A DNA stretch of 64,000 bases from Okamejei kenojei (Eukaryota), in NCBI GenBank assembly GCA_035221665.1, contig CM069158.1:22382001-22446000 (forward strand), given 5' to 3'. Positions within the stretch are counted from its first letter, which is position 1. Each line of letters opens with the position of its first letter. Below the pieces are notes generated by a model. It made no database searches. It was not told the DNA's origin and saw nothing but the letters and a program-made list of their open reading frames with translations. A program made the translations under genes and the position numbers. Shown one piece after another: positions 28,338 through 39,929 of the stretch.

Positions 28338-28730
28338 AAGATAGACAGAATAATGCTGGAGTAACTCAACGGGTCAGGCCGCATATCTGGAAAAAAATGA
28401 ATAGGTGACGTTTCGGGTCGAGACTCTTCTTCAGACTCAGAGTCAGGGGAGAGGGAAACTAGACATATGAAATAGTCCAAAGAACACGAATGAAAAAGTA
28501 TAAAAAGAACAAATCAAAGCCAGCAAAGATGATGAAGGAAAGGTGGAGAGCACAATGGTCCATTGTTGGCTGTGGGGAAGGTGATTGACAACGAATGGAC
28601 ACAAACAGTGAAACTTGCAGGAGGCGATGCAAGGGTTACTTGAAATTAGAAAAAACCAATTTTCATACTGCTGAGTTGTAAGCTGTCCAAGCGATGTATG
28701 AGGTGCTGTTCCTCCAATTTAAGTTTGGCC
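28338..28730 (-). mobile_element. Penelope-like element 3' fragment with hammerhead-ribozyme motif
   Basis: Minus strand translates KLEEQHLIHRLDSLQLSSMKIGF…SNFK* (PLE ORF C-terminus-like, one frameshift), followed by a UTR and CTGAAGA-A-GAGTCTCGACCC-GAAA-CGTC. Confidence 0.8.
28405..28436 (-). ncRNA. Minimal type I hammerhead ribozyme motif (best-preserved copy)
   Basis: CUGAAGA box, stem II (one mismatch), GAAA box, palindromic ACGU in place of stem III, GUC cleavage triplet; stem I is only GU/AC. Activity not shown. Confidence 0.65.
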
Positions 28731-29039
28731 CGTGTTAGCTGCACCCTGAGCAACAGACCGACCCGTGGGTCACCGATCACTTGAGACGGGGCCCTGCCAA
28801 ACCTGACCCGGGATAGGGAGCATTCCCAACATTGCCTTGCCTTATGACGGATACGTGGGCTCCGGTCTCCAGCACCGGGAACTGACCAGAGTGCGCGTGT
28901 GTCCAGCCAAACGTTGGGATATACTGGCGCCCCCCCCCCCCCCCCCCCCGCTCCAAGCCTCCACCCACGCCCCTCGATGAGGATATTGCCCCTAAGATTG
29001 GCACTGTGGGCAACTTGTCGTTCTTTGTGATCAGGCTCC

Positions 29040-29530
29040 GTTTTAAAGCTCTCCAGCTCCTACGCCCATCCCAGTCCCCGTAACCTCTTGTAGCTCTGCA
29101 CGTCCCATCTCTACAGCCCCCCCCCCCCCCCCCGTCCATATACCCCATCTACCTCTGTAACCTCTGCTCAGCTCCTTATCTGTAATCACCTCCAGACCTT
29201 GCACTCCCCTCTCTCTCTCTCTCTCTGACCTCTTCCAGCCTTGCTCCCTTCTCCGACTTTGTGACCCCAACGGCCCCCTACATCCTTCCCTTTCCCTGTA
29301 ACCCTCTCCAGCCCAACGCCCCCCTTTTCCACACGAACAAACCGTTTCTGCATGTTTGCATTTCTAGTCACGTGGTCATTATCAAGTTTAATGTTATTGG
29401 TTGTTTATCATCATATGCCAAGGCTTCAGATTCTGGAACTGTCGCCCTGAACCGTTCCCTTTCTCTTCACCCCACCCCCTTTGCAAATAGTCTTTAAACC
29501 TGGCTCCCTGGCCAAGCTGATGGTCACGGC
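29040..29530 (+). mobile_element. Decayed L2-like 3' fragment with internal reiteration
   Basis: Repeated CTGTAACC(T)C…CCAG units and a GCCAAGCTGATGGTCAC-type tail; family assignment from memory. Confidence 0.45.
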
Positions 29531-29816
29531 CCTATACCTCGCACATGGTTCCTTCGCAAATGTACTTCATCCTGTTGGAGTGACGTGCTGGGCACGTTTG
29601 CTCGGGTCAAGCTGAGGGTGTTCTACTATAATAGAAGGAATCACGGGATTACTGAGTGATTACGATGCAGACATGTGAGAATGTGAGAACCGTTATTGTT
29701 ATTTATTATATATAAACACGATGTTTTAGACATGGAAAGATTGTGTTTTACCATAATATACAAGGGAAATGAGATATACAGTGTTAAAAATTCAGGCATA
29801 TTATTGTAGAATTCTA

Positions 29817-30059
29817 NNNNNNNNNNNNNNNNNNNNNNNNNNNNNNNNNNNNNNNNNNNNNNNNNNNNNNNNNNNNNNNNNNNNNNNNNNNNNNNNNNNN
29901 NNNNNNNNNNNNNNNNNNNNNNNNNNNNNNNNNNNNNNNNNNNNNNNNNNNNNNNNNNNNNNNNNNNNNNNNNNNNNNNNNNNNNNNNNNNNNNNNNNNN
30001 NNNNNNNNNNNNNNNNNNNNNNNNNNNNNNNNNNNNNNNNNNNNNNNNNNNNNNNNNNN
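29817..30059. other. Assembly gap
   Basis: Run of N. Confidence 1.
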
Positions 30060-30374
30060 TGAAATGGAAATGGTTATTAGTCAGTAAGCATTTAATTCAA
30101 TGCTGCGACCACTTCATTTTACATGAACTTGATATGCAGGACTTTGTAATAAAGTAGCAAGTTACATCAAACCAAAAAATAATAAAAAACATGAACAAGA
30201 TGAACACGCTTCAGGTGAATGGAGAAGGAATATTTAAGTGGTGTTCATAGTAAATAACATGTAATGTAGTGAATTGTGAAATGGTAGAAAGGTCGAGAGT
30301 GTAGAGTGTGAACTAGGTGGCTGCATTTTAAGTGCGTTTAGGAGAAGAGTGACCTGTGTATTATAAATATACAA

Positions 30375-32052
30375 ATCTTCGAAGAAGGCAGAACATTGAG
30401 AAAGTTGTCCAAACAAAAAAGTTTGGGGACCCTTGGTTTTGTCAGTGGAGGTGCAGAGTGTAAAAGTAAAGGATCTCTGCGAAACGTTTATAAAATGATG
30501 ATGGTGGAATCCGCACCATATGAAGAATGTCAACGCTTTGGAGAGTGTACAGAGGAGTAGTCAGGTGGTTGAAGAATTAAGGGATTCAATTTTGTGGCAA
30601 TTTTGTAGAAACTGCCAAGAACAGAGTTAAGAGAAGATCTTAAAAAAAACATGAACGCCGGAAGTACTCAGCAGGTCAGGAAACATCTCTCCACATAATC
30701 CCAGCATCTGCAAGTTTTGTTTCCCCCTTCGCTTTTCAAAGTTAGGAGAAGATTTGTTACAGGTTTTCAAAGTCATGAATGTTTTTGATGGAGGAAAGAA
30801 AGATAAACTGTTTCCAGAGAGGGAGGACGGGCAAGGAGAGGAAGGACACGGAATGAAGGTGATTGAAAAGAACCAGAGGCGAGATGAGGAAACTTTCTTT
30901 CAAGAAGGAGTTGCTTGTGATCTGGAATGTGCTGACTGAGAGGCTGATGAAAGCAAATTCAATAGGAACAGTCAAAGAAGGATTGAATAAACATTTGAAG
31001 GGAACAGAATTACAGGGCTCTGTGGATAGAATAAGTGAGTCAGATTATTTGCTCTGCCAAAGAGCTGGAGCGGGCACAAAGGACTGAACAACCCCCACCT
31101 CCCTCTCTGCAGTGTCACTCATGATTCTCGGCATTGCTCAGAAGTCTGAAATTAAAGTGCGGCTCAGCCTGATCTCACTGCATGGCTCCTGTGGCTGAAT
31201 GATTCACTCCCTTCCTGATGTCCCGGAGTATGTCTCAGCAGTTCATGCAGATTGACATTGCTGCGGTGATTTCCACTGGTGACTGTGTAATCATTAATAG
31301 ATGTACTTTTATGAAAGGGCCAGACAATAGCCTTGCAAACCATAGACTTGAAAAGGATAACGTGGAAATGGATAAACTCGTAGAAAGCAATTTTAAAAAG
31401 AAAGTAGTAAGTGATCATTAAATGTATAACATGGTGAATGTGGCTTGTTATATGTGGCAGATCTATGCAATTGATTGAAATATAATGGAACCAGGCCCTT
31501 CGGCCCACCGTCCATGCTGACTATCGATCACCCATTCACACCAGTTCTATGTTATTCCAATTTCTCATCCACTACCTACACACTAGGGGCAATTTACAGA
31601 GGTCGTTTACAAACCCGGATGCCTTCGTGGGATGTGAGTGGAAACTGGAGCATCTGAAGGAAGTCCATGTAGTCACTATCTCCCTTATCTATCCTCTTCA
31701 TAGATGTTTATAAAATTATGAGCATAGATAGGGAAGATAGTCGCAGCATTTTTCGAAATGTAGGGGAGATTAGAATTAAAGGACAGGTTTAAGGTCAGAG
31801 GTTAAAGATTTAGAGGGGATTTGCAAGCACATTTTTCACAAAGAGGGTACTTGAATGTGGAACAAGCTGCCAGAAGAGGTGGTAGAGGCAGGTACAATGG
31901 TAGTATTTAAAATGTATTTGGACATTTAATTGATGTGAAACAAACAGAGGGATGTGGGCCAAATGCAGGAAAATAGGATGGTTAAGTATTTTCAGTCGAC
32001 ATGGATGAGTTGGGCAGAAGCGCTCATTCCCCTACTGAATGACTCTATGACT
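30375..32052 (+). mobile_element. Several decayed CR1-like LINE fragments (about 30375-30560, 30735-31090, 31700-32052) with intervening SINE pieces
   Basis: LLQVFKVMNVFD-type remnants, GGAACAAGCTGCCAGAAGAGGTGGTAGAGGCAGGTAC motif, CTCTATGACTCTA tail. Confidence 0.7.
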
Positions 32053-32699
32053 CTAGATACTGGAGAAAATTCACTGTCTCATTCCACAGTGAATGGGTAG
32101 TGTAAATTATTTTTAGAACAAGATAGTCATCTCCAATATATAAGTGCTCATATCACGCAGCGGAAGGTGTCAAACATGTAAGAAATCAAACCGACCCAGA
32201 AAACGAGATGGAGGGATTGCCAGTGTCGGTTGGAAACTGGAAGAGGTTATTTAAAGTAGAGAAATGTGCTCTTAAACCACTTTTAAATTAATTGTGTCTT
32301 GAAAGGGTTTTAAAGTCAAAGTGGGTTCTTGTCTCAGGGCAGATACATATCCTAAGCTGACGCAGTGGTACTGTGGTTCTATGCAACACTTTCCTTTTAA
32401 ATTACCTTAAAGGCAACTGGAATTCGGAATCATTTTGAACCATCTCCTAAGTTCAGTGTTTCTTAATCCAAATAACATCTCGGTCAGAAGAAGATTTGTA
32501 CTGACAATGCTGGAAGTTTATATTCACATTTCTAGTACTCATTTGATTTGTATGATACATTTGTTTAATTTATGGATAATTCGCAAATCTTGGAAGGTAT
32601 AAATTGAGGAACCCACTGACCGGTCCCAACCTGAGGTATCCTGTGCATTCAGTGACACCATGTGTTCCATGCTGCTGCACCACCACAGGCCTTTAGCGA

Positions 32700-33462
32700 A
32701 AGCTCAAGGCTGCGAGCTCAGCCGCCTGCTCTACTCACTCTATAATCATGACTGTGTCGCTGAACATAGTTCCAACTCCATCTTCAAATTCGCCAACGCC
32801 ACCACCGTTGGTGGACGAGTTAAAGATGGCGATGAGTCAGAGTATATGAGGGAGATCAATCGACTGACCGAATGGTGCCAGAATAACAACCTCACTCTCA
32901 ACATCAGTAAAACCAAGGAACTGATTGTTGACTTTGGAAGAGGAAGGATGAGGATCCATAAACCTGTCCTCATCGACAGGATTGTATTAGAGAGAGTCAA
33001 CATTTTAAAATTCCTGGGCATGCATATCTTTGAAGATCTGTCATGGACCCAGCATGTTGGTGCAATTATGATGAAACTCCAACAATGCTTTTACTTCCTT
33101 CGAAGACTGTGGAGATTCCGTATGTTAACAAATACTCTCTACAGGTGAGAGTATTCTACAGGTGTATAAAAGAGAGCATATTGACTAGTTGCATCACAGC
33201 CTGGTTCAGCAATTCGAACGCTCAGGAATGAAGAAGATTGCAAAATGTGATGAACATTGCCCAGTCCATTATGTGTACTGACACTCTCCACCATTGAAGG
33301 GATCTACAGGAGTTGCTGCCTGAAAAAGGTAACCAGCATTATCAGAGAGCCACACCACCCCGTGCACAGTCTCATTTCACTCCTGAAATTGGGAAGAAGA
33401 TAGAGGAACTTGAAAACTCTAACATCCAAATTCAGGTACAGCTTCATCGCAACAACCATCAG
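32700..33462 (+). mobile_element. Rex1/Babar-like LINE reverse-transcriptase fragment
   Basis: LLYSLYNHDCVAEHSSNSIFKFANATTVGG…WCQNNNLTLNISKTKELIVDF; the FADD motif has decayed to FANA; stops and frameshifts downstream. Confidence 0.85.
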
Positions 33463-34639
33463 GGACCATAAGGGTTGAATGCACAGCTTATTGTTAGGAA
33501 TAACTGCAGCAAAGGACTTCAGAAGGTAAAAAAAAAGTGACTCACTGCCAACCTCTTGAGGGCAATGAGTGCAGAGTAATGATGGTGTGGTGAGGGAAGT
33601 CGAGAGCGTGGAGCTTTGGCTGTACTGGTGCGCGTGCTGCAATAGTTTATGATGGTGATCGTCAAGGAACATGAATTGCATTTACGCAGAGATTTGAGAG
33701 GATTGTAAAATAAAAGAAGATTGCTGCATTAGAGGAGAGGAAATCCATGGGATGATTAAAAATAAGGCTGAGAGGATTCATATTGGTATTGGTTTATTAT
33801 TGTCAGGTACATCGTGTGAAAAGTTTTGTTTTGCGTGTTATCCAGGTTAATCATACCGTACATGAATACATCAGGTAGTGTGAAAGGGAAAATAAACAGA
33901 GTACAAAATATAGTGTTACAGTTACATAGAGAGTGCAGTTATAAAAAGTGCAAGGGCCGTAATGAAGTAGACTAGAAGAATGTTTGGAAAATTAATTCCC
34001 AGATTATGAGAGTCTGATTACAGAGGGGATGAGGATGCTCCTGAAACTGGTGATATTTGCTTTCCCGTTTTTAGAACTTCTTCCTGACAGGAGAAGGGGG
34101 GGGGGGGGGGAGAGAGAATGACAGGGCATGTGTGGTGCTTGATTACATTGGCTGCTTCCCTCGAGGAATCATGAAGTGTAGATGGAGTCGATGGGGACGA
34201 GGTTGGTTTGTGGCCTTGTGCAGAGCTGATTAGAGAATTGCTCAGCTGGGAAAAAGTCTACACACTTGAGCGAGGGATGAGAGGTGGGCAGGGCTTGGTG
34301 TGAAGAGTAAAGTTGTGCTTGTCCTCGATAGAAAATGAAGTACAGTAGGAGAAAATAGAGTATAGAAAATGGATGACTGGCCAAATGTTCATTGGAATGA
34401 CCAAATCAGCAGGTGACTTGGAGATGAGTTTCAGCAGGTGGGCCACCAAGGCAAGAATAACGGCAAGTGAAGCTATGAAGGAGGAAACGGGATGTCTTAG
34501 TGATGGTACAGACATGAGATCAAAAATCAACTCCTGATCAGCTTCATATATTTTAGATCCATCCCCGGGTTTCACAGGGAAATGCATTTGTGGCTGATAG
34601 CAGAGAGTTTGTGCGATTGGTCAATGAAGGATCATGGTG

Positions 34640-35990
34640 TCACTGCATGAATCAGGACCTTTGGCCCAAATCATCCATGCTGATAAAAGTGCCTTTCTGA
34701 GCCGGCCATATTTACTTGCATTTGGCTCATATCCTTCTAAACCTTTCCATTCCATGATCCCGGTCAAATGTCTTTTACACATTGTAATTGTACCCACCCT
34801 TACCACTGCCTCCGGCAACCCCATCCTTATACCTCCATTATTTGTGTGATAAAGTTGCCCTTCAGGTCCCCTTTGAATCTCCGCCCTCTCATCTTAAAAT
34901 GATCCTCTCTAGTTTTAGATTCCCCTGTCCTAGATAAAAGACTGTGACTATCCACTTTATCTATGCACTTCACGATTTTATAAATCTCTATAAGGTCTTC
35001 CAATAGCTTCTTTCACTCCAGGGAACACAGTCCCAGCCTATTCAGCTTCTCCTTATAACTGAATCCCTCCAGTCATAGTCATAGAGTGATACAATGTGAA
35101 AACTGACCCTTTTGCCCGACTTGCCCACACCGACCAACATGTCCCAGCTGCGCTAGTCCCACCTGCCTGAGCTTGGTCCATATCCCTCCAAACTTGTCCT
35201 TTCCATGTACCTGTCTAACTGTTTCTTAAATGTTGAGCTAGTACGAGCCTCAACTACCTCCTCTGGCAGCTTGTTCCATACACTCACCACCCTTTGTGTG
35301 AAAAAGTTATCCCTCAGATTCCTATTGAATCTTTTGCCCTTCACCTTGAACCTGTCCTCTGGTCCTCGATTCCCCTACTCTGGGCAAGAAACTGCATCAA
35401 CCCGATCTATTCCTCTCATGATCTTATACACCTCTTTTAGATCACCCCTCATCCTCCTGTGCTCCATGGAATAGAGACCCAAGCCTATTCAACCTTTCCC
35501 TATAGCTCACACCCACTAGTCCTGGTAACATCCTCGAAAATCTTTCCTGAACCCTTTCATGCTTGACAATATCTTTCCTATAACATGGTGCCCAGAACTG
35601 AACACAATACTCTAAATACGGTCTCGCCAATGTCTTATACAACTGCAACATGACCTCCCAACTTCTATACTCAATACTCTGACTGATGAAGGCCAATGTG
35701 CCAAAAACCTTTCTGAGCACCTTATCTACCTGCGATTTGATCTTCAAGGAACCATGCACCTGCACTCCTAGATCCCTCTGCTCTATAACACTCCCCAGAG
35801 GTTTACCATTCAATGTGTTGGTCCTGCCCATGTTAGACATCCCAAGATGCAACCCCCTAATCCTGGCAACGTCCTTGTGAATATTTTCTGCACCCTTTCT
35901 ATCTTAATCACATCCTTCCTATGGTAAGTATGGCGACCACAACTGCACACAATTTGGCAGGTGCTCTCTCACCAATGTGTAATACAAAAT
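34640..35990 (-). mobile_element. Nested CR1-like LINE fragments (younger copy about 35073-35852)
   Basis: EQRDLGVQVHGSLK…LYKTLARPYLEYCVQFWAP…VQERFSRMLPGL (ORF 35442-35852). Confidence 0.9.
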
Positions 35991-35999
35991 GATATCCCA

Positions 36000-36525
36000 G
36001 CTAATTGTCTTGCATGCTATCCAATCAGATCAGATAATACTACATAAATGCAATCACACAACTCAAGTAAATGAGTAAATGAGAGCGAGAGTGCAGAATA
36101 TAGTTCTCAGCATTGTAGCGCATCTGTTCAAATAATATAGCCAATGTCCGCAATGGAGTAGAGGAGAATTAGACTGTACCCTGGCTTATGGAAGGACCAT
36201 TCAGGAGCTTGGTAACAGAGGGGAAAAAGCTGTTCCTGAGCCTGGACATGCGTGCTTTGAAGCTTCTGTATCTTCTGCTGGACAGGAGCAGGAGAAGAAG
36301 GAATGACCAGGGTTGGACATGTCTTTGATTGTGTTGGCTACTTTCCCGAGTCTGCATGAAGTACAAATGGAGTTAATACACAGTCTGGTCAGTGTAATAG
36401 ACTCAGCTACATCCACTGCCCTCTGTAATTTCTTGCGTCTTGGGAAGAGCTGTACTCAAACCAATTTGTGATGCATCCCAAGAGTATGGGTTCTATGGTG
36501 CAACTGTAAAGATTTGTAAGAGTCT
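36000..36525 (-). mobile_element. Rex/Babar-like LINE 3' fragment (related pieces about 33780-34225 minus, 37365-37630 minus, 51710-51940 plus)
   Basis: RRYRSFKARMSRLRNSFFPSVTKLLN-type C-terminus. Confidence 0.75.
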
Positions 36526-39195
36526 TTCCCTGGCCATTGCTGCAGAGAAAAGAATGGAACAAATGAGTTGGACATCCTTAATACCTCCACCAGTGCCTCG
36601 CAGCCCATGAAGTACATTTGAAGTGTGGTCCCAGATGTGATGTGAGGAATATATTAGCACAAAGAGCTGCCATTTGCTGGTGGCTTTAGCACTCAGCAAG
36701 CCAAACACACTAACATGTTTAACTTACGTAAAAGTGAAGCTTTAACAGGTAAACTGTATATTTGTAATGGCGGTAATCTTTCTCTAAATAGATGACATGG
36801 GGTAAGAATTCTTCAACTGGCACCAACATTTTTCAAATTCCATTAGAAACCCCAAACAGAGGTAAATTACTGCAGCCGAGGACCTAGCACAAATTCCCAG
36901 TCTCCTAGTGCTTATGATAAATAATATGTTATTTATCTTTTGTTACGGTTTAATATTGGACTCTCATACATGGCTGAGAGTCACTTTCCATGTACAGAGC
37001 TTTATTTATAGCAAGGGTGATGGATGGACTGGAAGCGAGTATTGTAGTGATATTAATAACCCTGAGTTTGTTCTTCCTGTCTCTCTGCTTCGGTAAGGAA
37101 CTTCAGTTGCCCTGTAAAGAAATTATGCATAGATAGCACTTAAAGAATCTGCAGTTTTACAATACTTTATACACTCCTGGCAGAATACCCTAAAACATAT
37201 CACAGCCAAATCAGTACTTATGTGCTGCAACCCCTGTTATAACGTAGGAAAGACAATGGCTAACATGCGCGCAGCAAGATCCCACACAGGCAGCAAACTG
37301 TTTTGGTTGTGGAATTGTCGAGTATGGTCTCAGGTTACTGGTCTTGGTCGAAATTGTGCTACTTGTAATAAGATCAGTCGATATACTCTCTATTGTACAC
37401 CTGTAGAAGTTCAAGGGAGTATTCGTCAACATACCAAATCTGCTCAATCTTCTAAGGAAGTAGAGGCATTTATGGGGTTTCTTTATGTGCCGGATCATGA
37501 CAGATCTTCAAAGACATGCACAAACAGGAATTTGAAGTTTTTTTACTCTCTTCACCACAGTCCTGTGGATGAAGAGAGGTTTGTGGATCCTCGGCCTTCC
37601 TCTTCCGAAGTCAACAATCAGTTCCCAGTTCCATATATTTTCAAATCAGTAGTACAACAGATGTATTGTTGATCAGGTGAAAGGGGCTGTGGTGGAGGGG
37701 ATACTGACCTAGGCGACAGGCGAATCAGAAAGCACCAGAGGCCCATCAGTCCCCACTTCGGAAAACCAATTCCATTGACTTTGTTAGTTAGTTAGTTAGT
37801 TAGTCCACTTGTTTATTGTCATGTATGCAGAGATACAGTGCAACACTTGTTCTGCATGCATTCCAGACAAATCATTCTAGACATGAGTGTAACAGGTTCT
37901 CCTCTGGTACAGCACGCAGAGAGTCGCAACATACCCGGCACAACCTTAGCAAATCTCAATTTAGACCGCAGACAGAAATCTAAAATGCTACTACTGTACC
38001 ATGTAGCATGTTTGCTGTGTGCAACTGAAGAGAATGGCTTAATTTAAGGTCTTACAATAACTCAGTTTGTGTCCTCTGTAAATTAGTTGGAATCCTTTTT
38101 TATGTTATGAAGGTCAGAACCGCAAAGCATCAGAAATAGGAGCAGGAGTAGGACATTTGGCCGCTAGAGACTGCTCTACCATTCTGTAAGATCATGACTG
38201 ATAGTCCTTGGCCTTGGGTCACCTTCGTCTAATCCGTATAATCTTCGATTCCGTGTTATCAAATTCAGTCTACCTCAGCCTTAATAAATAATAAACTATA
38301 TCCATAGCTCTCTCAAAACATCCCAATGGCTTAGAAACTTCCAAATATTTGCAACCTTCTGAGAGAAGAAATCTCTTGACACTTCTGTCTTTAATGAATG
38401 ACCCCCTCATCCTGAGGTTGTGCCCCCGGTTCTAGATTTGCACAGCAGAGTAGATATCCTGGCATCAACCCTGTCAAGTCTCTTAAACTTCATGCATTTC
38501 AGTCTCCTAAACTTCAGACCATAGGAAGAGTCATCCCTCAGGGGTCGACTAAAAATCAAAAGAACTACAGATGCTGGAAATCTGAAAGAGAGACAGGAAC
38601 TGCTGAAAACACCCAGGAGGTCAGGCAGCATCTGCGAAGAGAGGTGTAGAGTTGATGATTGTTCCGAAACGTCCAGAACCATTCGTCAGGGACCTTCCGA
38701 AATCCATCTCTCCACCCCAAGTCAATGTCTTTCTATGCATCATGTCTACATTTGCCATTGAGGCCTCTTTGTCTTCACCCGTCTCTGACTTACCCTATGG
38801 CTCTCGCCCACTCTTTTGGCCACACTTTTGTTCAACCACACTTACTGCATTCCCCACATTCTGACACTGACTACATCAGGAGTATTTATGTGACTGAAAA
38901 ACACGGAAGAATATTCTGAAAGAAACTATAGAAATGAATATGTTTGGACATTTGATTGTTTGTTAGCTGGAATGAGATGCAGGGAAGGAGGTTTGAGGTG
39001 CTGTTGGGAAGAATGTTGTGGTGAGGATGGAGGTTTGAGCGATGGGGAAGTGAGGCCGTGTTTGCATTCCTATGTGGATGAGAGACCTGCTCGTACTTGT
39101 GCAAAGAAGCCGCTGGATGTTTTTTTTCTCCATGGAAATCTTGTATATTTCGCCCAAAGAGTGAGGTTACAAAGATTACCCTTTTAGAGACATGT

Positions 39196-39199
<4 letters not shown>

Positions 39200-39254
<55 letters not shown>
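39200..39254. repeat. (TG)n microsatellite
   Basis: Directly visible. Confidence 0.97.
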
Positions 39255-39256
<2 letters not shown>

Positions 39257-39929
39257 CATGTATGTATATGAACGTGTATTTGTCATATGTGATGCATGTG
39301 CATATGTCATGTATGTGTACATAAGTGTGTATGCATGCATGTGCATGTGCTTCCATTGCCTCTGCATCATTTGAGATATGAAATATGGGGATTGGACATT
39401 GGTGCCTGAGCTGAAGGGAACATTGAACGAGCTAGGGCTGGTAGTCATTGCTACCATCTCTCCCCCTAGCAACATTTCCTGCCTCCATTCATTCCTCAGA
39501 TGCATGGGATGAACCCACGCCCGCCTCCTTCCAATTAATGATCCTCCAGTCTCACCAGACTGCAGGTTATTCAGGACACCAATGTTGTGACTGTATCCTT
39601 CAACATTTCCCAGTGGCCCTTCCCTCCCACCCCACCGTTGATTGCCTTCAGTACACCTCCTTGAAGTCCAAGTCTAGAACTCCTCCATTTCCTCTCCGCA
39701 TCCCCCCACCTCCTGAAGCTCCCACCTCTCTGCCACTGGTTTTCCAGTCAGCCCCTCTTCCTTTCTTCCAGCCACGTCATGGAACACAGAACAGTCCAGC
39801 ACAGGAACAGGCCCTTCGGCCCAAAATGTCCATGCTGAACATGATACCACCAACGCTTATTTGTCTGCACACAATCCATATCCCTCCATTCTCTTCATAT
39901 CCGTGTACCTATCCAAAAGTCTCTTGACG

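Noticed and set aside
28750-29015. Possible ancient SINE-like sequence, weakly similar to the reverse complement of about 56740-56880
   Set aside because: Similarity too weak to establish by eye; needs an alignment or Dfam search.
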